Counted from the first letter of the stretch, positions 1-6,612 are shown. The stretch: DNA of 25,481 bases from a virus (IMGVR_UViG_3300051213_000067:1-25481), one strand, 5' to 3'. Translations and numbers: made by a program. The notes: generated by a model from the sequence alone, not told the origin.

Positions 1-25
1 ATAGTGCATCTCAGCCACCAATGGG

Positions 26-54
26 TTGCAGAGGCACAATGAGGGCAGTAATAA
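26..54 (+). promoter_or_regulatory. Candidate sigma70 promoter for antisense sRNA-1
   Basis: TTGCAG (26-31), 17-nt spacer, TAATAA (49-54). The predicted start (~60-62) coincides with the base of the first hairpin. Confidence 0.45.
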
Positions 55-61
55 AATTCAT

Positions 62-126
62 TAGCGTTGCCTCCTATCTAGGCGATGTTAGGGCTGGGTC
101 TGAGAGCGGCAAACTCTCCCCAGCCC
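62..126 (+). ncRNA. Candidate antisense two-hairpin sRNA-1 (position like lambda OOP)
   Basis: An 11-bp stem (62-72/80-90) has three G.U pairs that form only on the + strand and covers CCUCCU. It abuts a second stem, GGGCTGGG..GAGAG/CTCTC.CCCAGCCC (91-126). Confidence 0.45.
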
Positions 127-138
127 GCAAACAATAAC

Positions 139-522
139 TTAACTATAGCGCCGACGCAAGACCTCATATTTAACCTTCGATTCCTTACGAAGGCCAATCA
201 TGTGCTTTACGCTAGTAAGGTCGAGATTGAAGATGTGGGCAAGCCGTGATGGCTCGTATTTCCATTTGAAATGCAACTCTTGCATAATCTCGAACCGAGC
301 TTCGCATACGATTACCCGTCGCGATTTCCCCAGCACATCGTCTACATTTGCATTGTGCTTCTTACAGATGCGTTCGACAATGGAGCGCAGACTTTCGCTC
401 AAAACCATTGGCGTAACGGGCTGTTTAACCTTTATAATCTGCTGATTGAGAAACTCGTCGGAGCTTACGTTCTTGATGCTATTGATGATCGGTTTAGCTC
501 TATTGTGACGGATAATTAACAT
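139..522 (-). CDS. DnaA C-terminal (domain IV)-like helix-turn-helix protein
   Basis: IVERICKKHNANVDDVLGKSR..VCEARFEIM..LAHIFNLDLTSVKH follows the Bac_DnaA_C pattern (I...V......S.R.....AR....G..F.RDHTTV). Confidence 0.75.
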   Translation of the reverse strand: MLIIRHNRAKPIINSIKNVSSDEFLNQQIIKVKQPVTPMVLSESLRSIVERICKKHNANVDDVLGKSRRVIVCEARFEIMQELHFKWKYEPSRLAHIFNLDLTSVKHMIGLRKESKVKYEVLRRRYS

Positions 523-533
523 ACCAACTCCAT

Positions 534-562
534 TTGACGATAAACTGGCTTTCGTGTATTTT
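534..562 (+). promoter_or_regulatory. Candidate sigma70 promoter for antisense sRNA-2
   Basis: TTGACG (534-539), 17-nt spacer, TATTTT (557-562). The predicted start (~568-569) is at the base of the hairpin. Confidence 0.55.
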
Positions 563-568
563 CGCAGG

Positions 569-626
569 GCATGGTTTCTCCCTTCCCATGCGGCAGGTAG
601 GTGGTCCCCTTTCCCGCCTACCTGCC
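569..626 (+). ncRNA. Candidate antisense two-hairpin sRNA-2 with anti-SD loops
   Basis: GCATGG/CCATGC stem with loop TTTCTCCCTTC (569-591), then a 13-bp stem (592-604/614-626) with one U.G pair valid only on + and loop TCCCCTTTC. Confidence 0.5.
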
Positions 627-968
627 ATCTACTTCACGAAGCTCAATGGTGGGAAACAGGGCCTTAAATATGGCTTTTCGTATCGGCCAATCTCGACTGA
701 TTGCAACACGACTACTTGGCTTAGTGTCCTCCGTAATTTCCCTTCCCTCTATTGTGTAGCGGAAATCCGCTTTGTAGCCCAGCCGTCGTCCGTTATCGTG
801 CTTGACCTGTCGGCCATTGATGACGAACCAGTATTGCGGCCAAACTTCGAGATCATCTATTTCGCCAAGAGCTTGCAACTCATGTAGTTCATCACATCGC
901 TTTGCCTCAATGCGGCTGTCATGTGTGTGACCGTGTGAGCAAGCAGTCTTCTTGGCCCGGAATTTCAT
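618..968 (-). CDS. DUF1064-family putative endonuclease
   Basis: KFRAKKT...HDSRIEA.R..EL......I.DLE..P.Y...Y.ADF.Y......EDTK signature. Confidence 0.85.
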   Translation of the reverse strand: MKFRAKKTACSHGHTHDSRIEAKRCDELHELQALGEIDDLEVWPQYWFVINGRQVKHDNGRRLGYKADFRYTIEGREITEDTKPSSRVAISRDWPIRKAIFKALFPTIELREVDGR

Positions 969-1156
969 GCGATTTCCTTAATCAATTCTTCGAGTGCAAC
1001 TCGTGCTTTCTTAAAGCTATTAAAGTGCGGATTCTTGTTCCTCTTGTTCCATCCGCTGATCGTACCCGGCTGGATACCCGCTCTCTTCGCAATCTGATAT
1101 TGCTTGATATTGTAGTACGCAGCACGAGCAAAAAACTCCCTAATTTCTTCGTCCAT
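965..1156 (-). CDS. Cro-like XRE helix-turn-helix regulator (63 aa)
   Basis: Start corrected to the ATG at 1156, with GGAGG SD at 1161-1165. IKQYQIAKRAGIQPGTISGW is an HTH motif. First gene of the leftward operon. Confidence 0.8.
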   Translation of the reverse strand: MDEEIREFFARAAYYNIKQYQIAKRAGIQPGTISGWNKRNKNPHFNSFKKARVALEELIKEIA

Positions 1157-1242
1157 AATTCCTCCTTGACACTGCCTTAATAGCGAAATAGGAAGGCGTT
1201 GCAACATGATTTTGTGTTGCCTATGACTTTGAAGGGAATGAT
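1157..1242. promoter_or_regulatory. Divergent early promoter/operator region
   Basis: + strand TTGACA(1166)-N17-TAGGAA; - strand TTGCAA-N16-TATTAA; palindrome GCAACA-N8-TGTTGC (1201-1220). Confidence 0.6.
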
Positions 1243-1803
1243 ATGCCTGTGCATACCAATCTGAACGCTGCAAGGATGGCGTTCCACCAGCTAAAGCTGA
1301 AGAAAACTGGTAAGAATACATACGCTGGATATAGCTACTTTGAGCTTGCAGATTTTCTGCCATCAGCATTGCAGATTTTCGCAGATTACAATTTGTGCGC
1401 GACTATCTCGTTCTATGAAACGAACTGCGAGATGCGGATCACTGACACGACTGATGGCTCTCTCATCATTATTCAGTCACCGCTTGCGGATGCTCAGACT
1501 AAGGGGAGCCTCCCCATACAGGCATTGGGCAGCCAGCATACATATATGCGGCGCTATCTCTGGCTTTTGGCGTTAGAGGTGATTGAGTCTGACGGGATTG
1601 AGGCAACAACTGGCAAGCCTAGCAATGTATCTCAGGACATAATCACATCAGAGCAAGTGGTGGAACTCACTAAGCTCATCGATGCAGCTAACGCAAGCGT
1701 CGAATCAATGTGTGATTACTACAACGTAAAAGACTTGAACGATCTGCCTGCATCCAAGTTTGCGGCGGCCAAGGCTATTCTTGAGAAAAGAGTTAAGAAA
1801 TGA
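1243..1803 (+). CDS. erf: Erf-family single-strand annealing recombinase
   Basis: KKTGKN.YAGY.YFEL.D and Q.LGS..TYMRRY motifs. Confidence 0.9.
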   Translation: MPVHTNLNAARMAFHQLKLKKTGKNTYAGYSYFELADFLPSALQIFADYNLCATISFYETNCEMRITDTTDGSLIIIQSPLADAQTKGSLPIQALGSQHTYMRRYLWLLALEVIESDGIEATTGKPSNVSQDIITSEQVVELTKLIDAANASVESMCDYYNVKDLNDLPASKFAAAKAILEKRVKK

Positions 1804-2441
1804 GCTTCATCTATATCGAAGTAGAGCAGGGCAGCGACGACTGGCATAAGCATCGCTGTGGGTCACTGGGAGCCTCTCAGGTCCATGATGTGCTTGCCAA
1901 GACGAAAAGCGGGTATTCGTCTACACGGGCCAATGTTCGCGCTAGAATCGTTGCTGAGAGGCTCACAGGGTTAACTCAGGACTCGTTTAAAAGTTCCGCT
2001 ATGCAGTGGGGCAATGACACGGAGCCTAAAGCCCGCTCTGCCTACAGCTTCTTCACTGGAAATCTGGTGACTGAGGTTGGCTTGTTTAAGCATCCCAACA
2101 TCACTGGGACACACGCCAGCCCAGATGGTCTGGTAGGTAATGATGGGCTGATAGAGATTAAGTGTCCGATTACAGCTACCCATATTGAGACGCTGAAGAC
2201 GGGCAAGATCGACCCTAAGTATATTACACAGATGCAGTGGCAGATGGCCCTGACTGAACGCGACTGGTGCGACTTCGTGAGCTATGACCCACGGATGCCT
2301 GAAGACCTTTCCCTGTTCATTCAGCGTGTCGAGCGCGACCCTAAGCGCATCGACGAATTGTTTAATGATGTACTAGTTTTTCTCCAAGAGGTTGAGGACG
2401 ACTTGGCCGCGCTGGAGGAATATCGCCAGAGGAAGAAATGA
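1800..2441 (+). CDS. YqaJ/lambda-exonuclease family 5'-3' exonuclease
   Basis: EQGS..W...R.G.LGAS, MQWG...EP.AR, ASPDGL, IEIKCP, Y..QMQWQM, WCDFVSYDPR. Confidence 0.95.
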   Translation: MSFIYIEVEQGSDDWHKHRCGSLGASQVHDVLAKTKSGYSSTRANVRARIVAERLTGLTQDSFKSSAMQWGNDTEPKARSAYSFFTGNLVTEVGLFKHPNITGTHASPDGLVGNDGLIEIKCPITATHIETLKTGKIDPKYITQMQWQMALTERDWCDFVSYDPRMPEDLSLFIQRVERDPKRIDELFNDVLVFLQEVEDDLAALEEYRQRKK

Positions 2442-2818
2442 AGACTCTCTGGCTGAGAGATAGTCATCTTAGACTTATGGCAGTGGAGGCAGTAGATTCC
2501 GCCCCTGATGGCTGGTGGGTTATGATTGGCCCACCGGCTCGGACGCTGTCTCAGAATAAGAAGATGCACGCTATGTTGCGAGATATAGCGGATGCAAAGC
2601 CCGAAGGAAGGGATATGCAGCCGGAGGACTGGAAGGCCGTCTTTATGGACGCTCTAGGTCTAAAACCGCGCTACGTTACCAATCTGGAAGGCAACGGAAT
2701 TGTTCATTTGGGTTGGCGCTCGTCCCTAATGAGCAAGGAGCAGATGGGAGATATGATTTCGCTTATGTCTGCATATGGAGATCAAAACGGCGTGATATGG
2801 AGTGAAAAGTATGTCTGA
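2438..2818 (+). CDS. ninB: NinB (Orf)-family recombination protein
   Basis: RTLSQN.KMHAML.DIA...WK..F...SS.MSK..M.D.I....A.G...GV.WS. Confidence 0.9.
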   Translation: MKTLWLRDSHLRLMAVEAVDSAPDGWWVMIGPPARTLSQNKKMHAMLRDIADAKPEGRDMQPEDWKAVFMDALGLKPRYVTNLEGNGIVHLGWRSSLMSKEQMGDMISLMSAYGDQNGVIWSEKYV

Positions 2819-3047
2819 AGTAGTTGCCGCTGACGAACTGCGGCTTTTGATTGAATGCATTGAACGGCTGGAAGAAGACAAGAAGGCTGTCTCGGAAGAC
2901 ATCACTAACGTCTATTCTGAGGCAAAGTCTCGCGGCTTCGACCCGAAGATTATGCGCCAGATCATTAAGCTCCGCGCTATGGAACAGCATCAACGTCAGG
3001 AATGGGAAGCCGTTCTTGATACATATATGTCCGCACTTGGAATGTAA
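2811..3047 (+). CDS. gapR: GapR/DUF2312 DNA-binding protein
   Basis: A.DELRLLIE.IERLEE.KK....DI..VY.EAK.RGFD.KIMRQII.LR......E.EAVLD.Y..ALGM. ATG at 2811. Confidence 0.92.
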   Translation: MSEVVAADELRLLIECIERLEEDKKAVSEDITNVYSEAKSRGFDPKIMRQIIKLRAMEQHQRQEWEAVLDTYMSALGM

Positions 3048-3056
3048 GGAATTGAA

Positions 3057-3437
3057 ATGCAGGTAATTAGTATCTCTGGCCGTTGTGGGGCCGATAGCAA
3101 ATTGATTGATACCAAGAACGGTGATAGCATCCTCTCCCTCAATGTGGCTGTCGATCAGCGCAATGGGGATGAGAAGACTACTAACTGGTATCGCTGCTCC
3201 ATCTGGGGGAAGCGGGCTAAGACACTCGCTCCGTATATCCTGAAGGGGACACGGGTATTTATCGTCGGTGAAATGACCATTGGCGAATACGAAGGAAAGC
3301 AGCAGCTTAACGTCCGTGTGAACGACATTGAGTTCTTCAATGAAAAGCAGGGCGGAACTGAGCGCAAGCCTACTGACCATGACCGCGCAAAGCAGAACGG
3401 CTACCAGCGCGATCTCGACGACTCCGCACCCTTCTAG
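3057..3437 (+). CDS. ssb: Single-stranded DNA-binding protein
   Basis: OB-fold motifs (T.W.RCSIWGKRA..L..Y..KG..V...G) and acidic tail DLDDSAPF. Confidence 0.95.
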   Translation: MQVISISGRCGADSKLIDTKNGDSILSLNVAVDQRNGDEKTTNWYRCSIWGKRAKTLAPYILKGTRVFIVGEMTIGEYEGKQQLNVRVNDIEFFNEKQGGTERKPTDHDRAKQNGYQRDLDDSAPF

Positions 3438-3438
3438 G

Positions 3439-3663
3439 ATGGATGAGAAGATGAAATCCCTACTTCCCGAAGCGCGCATGATTGTCGCTAAAGCCTACAA
3501 AGAAGGCTCAGTGGTGTATAATGGCGTATTGGGTGGTCAGTGGGACAATGGGAAACTTGTCCAAGACGCTCTCAAGGAACTTATTAACGCTGGTGAAGAT
3601 TATGCGCGGCTACCAGAAGAGCTGCCACCAGAAACGCCGCAAAATGCTATTGACGACGAATAA
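3439..3663 (+). CDS. Hypothetical protein (74 aa)
   Basis: ATG 1 nt after the ssb stop; fills the operon up to the AT-rich gap. Confidence 0.65.
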   Translation: MDEKMKSLLPEARMIVAKAYKEGSVVYNGVLGGQWDNGKLVQDALKELINAGEDYARLPEELPPETPQNAIDDE

Positions 3664-3680
3664 TAATTATATATTATCAC

Positions 3681-3749
3681 GGTGACCTTTTAGGTTGCAC
3701 CAAAGACGAAAAGGGTCGGGCTTCGTTGGGGTTGTCCGGCCCTTTTTTT
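3681..3749 (+). ncRNA. Candidate two-hairpin sRNA-3
   Basis: TTGACG(3650)-N16-TATTAT(3672) promoter, a weak hairpin at 3681-3701, then the terminator. No ORF in between. Confidence 0.35.
3709..3749 (+). terminator. Rho-independent terminator
   Basis: AAAAGGGTCGGGC / GTCCGGCCC followed by T7, with a 12-nt loop. Confidence 0.85.
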
Positions 3750-3762
3750 ATCTACGATTTTT

Positions 3763-3791
3763 GTTGCAGCATCATTTTAATGTGCTAAACA
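3763..3791 (+). promoter_or_regulatory. Promoter of the second rightward unit; shares a box with 1198-1213
   Basis: TTGCAG-N16-TAAACA. GTTGCAGCATCATTTT is 14/16 identical to GTTGCAACATGATTTT. Confidence 0.5.
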
Positions 3792-3825
3792 TCCCTTATC
3801 GCATCAAGCGATGAAAGGGTATGAT

Positions 3826-3957
3826 ATGAAGAAAATCGGTTCTTATAAGGATTATCTCCGCATGAAGAGCATCAAGCCTCTGCGGATTATTCACACAAAG
3901 AAGCAGGCTGGTGATATTGTCATCCATTGGTGCAAACCAGCGGAGGTGGTGCAATGA
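3826..3957 (+). CDS. Small basic hypothetical protein (43 aa), not in the ORF track
   Basis: SD GAAAGGG, then MKKIGSYKDYLRMKSIKPLRIIHTKKQAGDIVIHWCKPAEVVQ*. ATGA overlap with the next ORF. Confidence 0.65.
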   Translation: MKKIGSYKDYLRMKSIKPLRIIHTKKQAGDIVIHWCKPAEVVQ

Positions 3958-4190
3958 GCGTTAATGGATTCGTTGTTCGTCGGTCAGCGCCGTTGACCGC
4001 TGAAGAGATTGTGCAGTCTAAAGATGGCATGGTCCGCTTCAAGAAGATGCTTCAACAAGGCTCTGTAAACCTATGCCGTGCTATTCTCGAATCTGGTAAA
4101 CTACATGGCCCCATGACTGAGAAGCAGCAGATGCAGTCTATCTCTTATGCTTATGATGTGGGGGTGGCTTATGTCGAATCACAGTCCTAA
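3954..4190 (+). CDS. Hypothetical protein
   Basis: SD GGAGGT, ATG at 3954, coupled to the previous ORF. Confidence 0.7.
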   Translation: MSVNGFVVRRSAPLTAEEIVQSKDGMVRFKKMLQQGSVNLCRAILESGKLHGPMTEKQQMQSISYAYDVGVAYVESQS

Positions 4191-4425
4191 TTGCGCAATA
4201 GTCCGGCGCGGCGATCTGCAATCATGGTGCGACTGTGGTGCAGAGCCTCCCGTGATGGAAGAACTTCGGCGTAACATCTGGACAAAGATGGGAGCCGGAG
4301 CAGAGCGCGCCCGCATCCATAGGATACTAGAGAAGGTTCTGATTGCTGGTGTTAGCGTATATGCCGCCGCGATTATTAATGAAGAACTTGATGCCTATGC
4401 AGAGGTTGATGATTGTGACGACTGA
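4171..4425 (+). CDS. Hypothetical protein with N-terminal H..C...C.C cluster
   Basis: SD GGGG(TGG); starts MSNHSPNCAIVRRGDLQSWCDCG. Confidence 0.65.
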   Translation: MSNHSPNCAIVRRGDLQSWCDCGAEPPVMEELRRNIWTKMGAGAERARIHRILEKVLIAGVSVYAAAIINEELDAYAEVDDCDD

Positions 4426-4585
4426 CAAACAAAAGCGTTATATCGACTACCGTAAAACTTATCTTCCAGAGCAACTTGATCGCGCCCGACGCAGATACAT
4501 CGCACTGGTCCGTGAAGCCAAGCGCATGGAGATGAACTGGGTGCTTACAAACAAGGAACTCTATGGAGAATTAGAAGAGTTGTAA
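4409..4585 (+). CDS. Hypothetical helical protein (~58 aa)
   Basis: SD GAGG; overlaps the previous ORF; YLPEQLDRARRRY. Confidence 0.6.
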   Translation: MIVTTDKQKRYIDYRKTYLPEQLDRARRRYIALVREAKRMEMNWVLTNKELYGELEEL

Positions 4586-4589
4586 GCCT

Positions 4590-4994
4590 ATGCTGTTTGA
4601 GACGCAGGAAGACTTAGATAACGAACGCAGAGCTATCAAAAGGTTTTGTGCGTACACTGATTGCGTCCCATACAAGCTGCCAATGGAATCTGAAGCAGAT
4701 TACATCCTAATGCGCGGTGCAGATGCGAAGGCTATTGTTGAGATTAAATGCAGGACGATCTCGTCAAAGGACTACGACGAGTATTTGGTGGGGCAGAAGA
4801 AATACAACGCCCTACTCAGATGGCAGAATGTTGGTTTTGCACCAATCCTGCTTATCAGTTGGTCTGATGCGATTGGTTATGTGAAATTACCAGTCGAGCA
4901 TAAGACAAGTATGCAGGGGAAAAACGACAGGGGACGGACGGTGGTTCCTGATCCTGTCGTTTTAATCCCGATTAGCAAGTTTACGATGATCTAA
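4590..4994 (+). CDS. PD-(D/E)XK-superfamily nuclease-like protein
   Basis: E(DNE)...ADY......IVEIKCR catalytic pattern. Confidence 0.7.
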   Translation: MLFETQEDLDNERRAIKRFCAYTDCVPYKLPMESEADYILMRGADAKAIVEIKCRTISSKDYDEYLVGQKKYNALLRWQNVGFAPILLISWSDAIGYVKLPVEHKTSMQGKNDRGRTVVPDPVVLIPISKFTMI

Positions 4995-4995
4995 T

Positions 4996-5340
4996 TTACG
5001 CATCTTCGTCATCATCCGGCGAGAACGTGAATGTGATGACAATCTCATCCTCTTCCTGTGCATCGTAGTTCTGCCAAGCCTCCGCCATAAGCGCCGCATA
5101 GGCAATCGCGTCTTCTGAGCTATCCTGATGCCAAGATTGCGTCTGAGCCTGCCTAGAGAGCTTCAGAAGCAGCATAAACAGCCATCCCTCATGCTCGGAC
5201 AGGATATTGCCTGTAAGGACGTTAAAAGCGGCTACAGTCTGGGCCATGCTGCGCTCACCATTAGGCGAGTCATATTGCTTGCCGCGCTCCAACATCAAGT
5301 CAGCAGCGCGTTCAAGAAACTCTATTGCTGAAATCGTCAT
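4996..5340 (-). CDS. DUF6378-like all-alpha protein
   Basis: L..A......R...Y..P..E.S....A..F......W.FM.LLK..R......H.DS..D..AYAAL. ATG at 5340, next to the upstream stop. Confidence 0.7.
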   Translation of the reverse strand: MTISAIEFLERAADLMLERGKQYDSPNGERSMAQTVAAFNVLTGNILSEHEGWLFMLLLKLSRQAQTQSWHQDSSEDAIAYAALMAEAWQNYDAQEEDEIVITFTFSPDDDEDA

Positions 5341-5341
5341 A

Positions 5342-6322
5342 TCATTCTCCCCCTTCATAAATAGCTTCACCACGGAAATACGCTGTATTACCGATTACCT
5401 CCACCAACTCAGGCGGAAGCAACATTCCCTTCTTAAACGTCAATACAGCGAATCCAGACGTATGTGGAGATGGATTGTTCTCCGCATAGTCGAATTGTGG
5501 GCCATGAGGGTCGGACAGCGTTCCCGTATCCACACCCCAGCGGCGGCCATTATAGTCTGCCCAAGGTGTAACGGCCAAGCGATGCAGGTGGCCCGTCACA
5601 ATGGTTCTGCCTGACTTTAATGTATTATTATAAGTTGCGTGAATGCCGTTGTGATAGCGGTGCTTAATCATAACGCTATCGTTCACCATAAGCGACCATG
5701 CGAAGTTCCAACGGTCAAACTTATGCTCAAGCCTTTCGACAATGCCCTCATATTCAGAGGCATTGCTAACCAGCATTCTGTCAAAACGCATATCATGGTT
5801 GCCGACATTCCAGAATGTGGCGCATCCTTTCGGCGCAAGCAATTCGAGATCAGTCATGCGTTCTTGGCAAATCTCAAGCTCACCCTTTACTGTGGGGAGA
5901 TCAGACCAGCCCATTGGGGCGTGGCGTGACACTCGTGCGCCGTCGAAGATGTCGCCATTAGCAACAATAGCTTTAGGCTTTAGTTCCTTAATCAAAAGAT
6001 GCAGAGCCTCATGGGCTACCGTCCGCCATTGATTAGGCCACCAGTGCGCATCCGAGAATACGATAACCGTTCCCGTGTCTACAGATAGCTCATTCTGGTT
6101 TTTATAGGCGCGGCCTATGTCATTAGACGACCATTGACCAAAACTACCAGAATTACCACGCGGTTTGCTCTGTAAAACGATTCCGCGATTTGCCAAACCA
6201 GCCCTACGCTTATAAATGGTGCGTTCGCTCATTCCTGTGACTTCAGAAATAAGGCGCGGACTGCCATCATTTTTCTGCCAAAGGCGAATAAACTCTTCGT
6301 CGGATACAAGTTTAGCTGCCAT
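5342..6322 (-). CDS. Calcineurin-like metallophosphoesterase with N-terminal HTH-like segment
   Basis: SDAH, NGDIFD, GNHD, H, GHLH motifs. N-terminus includes ISEVTGMSERTIYKRR. Confidence 0.9.
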   Translation of the reverse strand: MAAKLVSDEEFIRLWQKNDGSPRLISEVTGMSERTIYKRRAGLANRGIVLQSKPRGNSGSFGQWSSNDIGRAYKNQNELSVDTGTVIVFSDAHWWPNQWRTVAHEALHLLIKELKPKAIVANGDIFDGARVSRHAPMGWSDLPTVKGELEICQERMTDLELLAPKGCATFWNVGNHDMRFDRMLVSNASEYEGIVERLEHKFDRWNFAWSLMVNDSVMIKHRYHNGIHATYNNTLKSGRTIVTGHLHRLAVTPWADYNGRRWGVDTGTLSDPHGPQFDYAENNPSPHTSGFAVLTFKKGMLLPPELVEVIGNTAYFRGEAIYEGGE

Positions 6323-6336
6323 ACCCTATGCCCCCT

Positions 6337-6612
6337 TTATTTACCTTTACGGTATGCGTCTCTCCACGCATCCACCGTACTACGGTGACGGAGCGCACAA
6401 TCGCCATATTTTGCGATTATTTCAAGTTCCCAAATAGCGCGCTCTGGATCAGTAAGGGGAACTGGTGGTTTCGGAAGTTCTGGGCAGTTATTTGATAGGT
6501 TTGCCGGAGGCTGCGGAATTGGCATTACCGACACTGCCTTCGAGCAGCCGGACAACACGAACATCAGCAGCACAATCAACAGGAACAGCAGGAATTGTTT
6601 TGTAAATCTCAC
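6337..6612 (-). CDS. Rz1-like outer-membrane spanin (lipoprotein)
   Basis: GTG start gives MRFTKQFLLFLLIVLLMFVLSG-C (lipobox). Pro-rich; overlaps the i-spanin gene. Confidence 0.85.
   Translation of the reverse strand: MRFTKQFLLFLLIVLLMFVLSGCSKAVSVMPIPQPPANLSNNCPELPKPPVPLTDPERAIWELEIIAKYGDCALRHRSTVDAWRDAYRKGK

Noticed and set aside
62-126. Hairpin clusters as tRNA genes
   Set aside because: No cloverleaf, T-loop (TTCGA) or acceptor stem in any of the hairpin clusters.
1157-1369. Long N-terminal extension of the HTH ORF (965-1369) and similar extensions at 13897, 25088, 6928 and 7391
   Set aside because: They overlap neighbouring genes or promoters. Downstream starts have an SD or stop-start coupling.
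2763-3479. 238-aa minus-strand ORF
   Set aside because: Lies antisense to the well-supported gapR and ssb genes; no motifs.
3724-3731. Terminator loop GTTGGGG complementary to the post-capsid mRNA (22251-22257)
   Set aside because: A 7-nt match is expected by chance in 25 kb.
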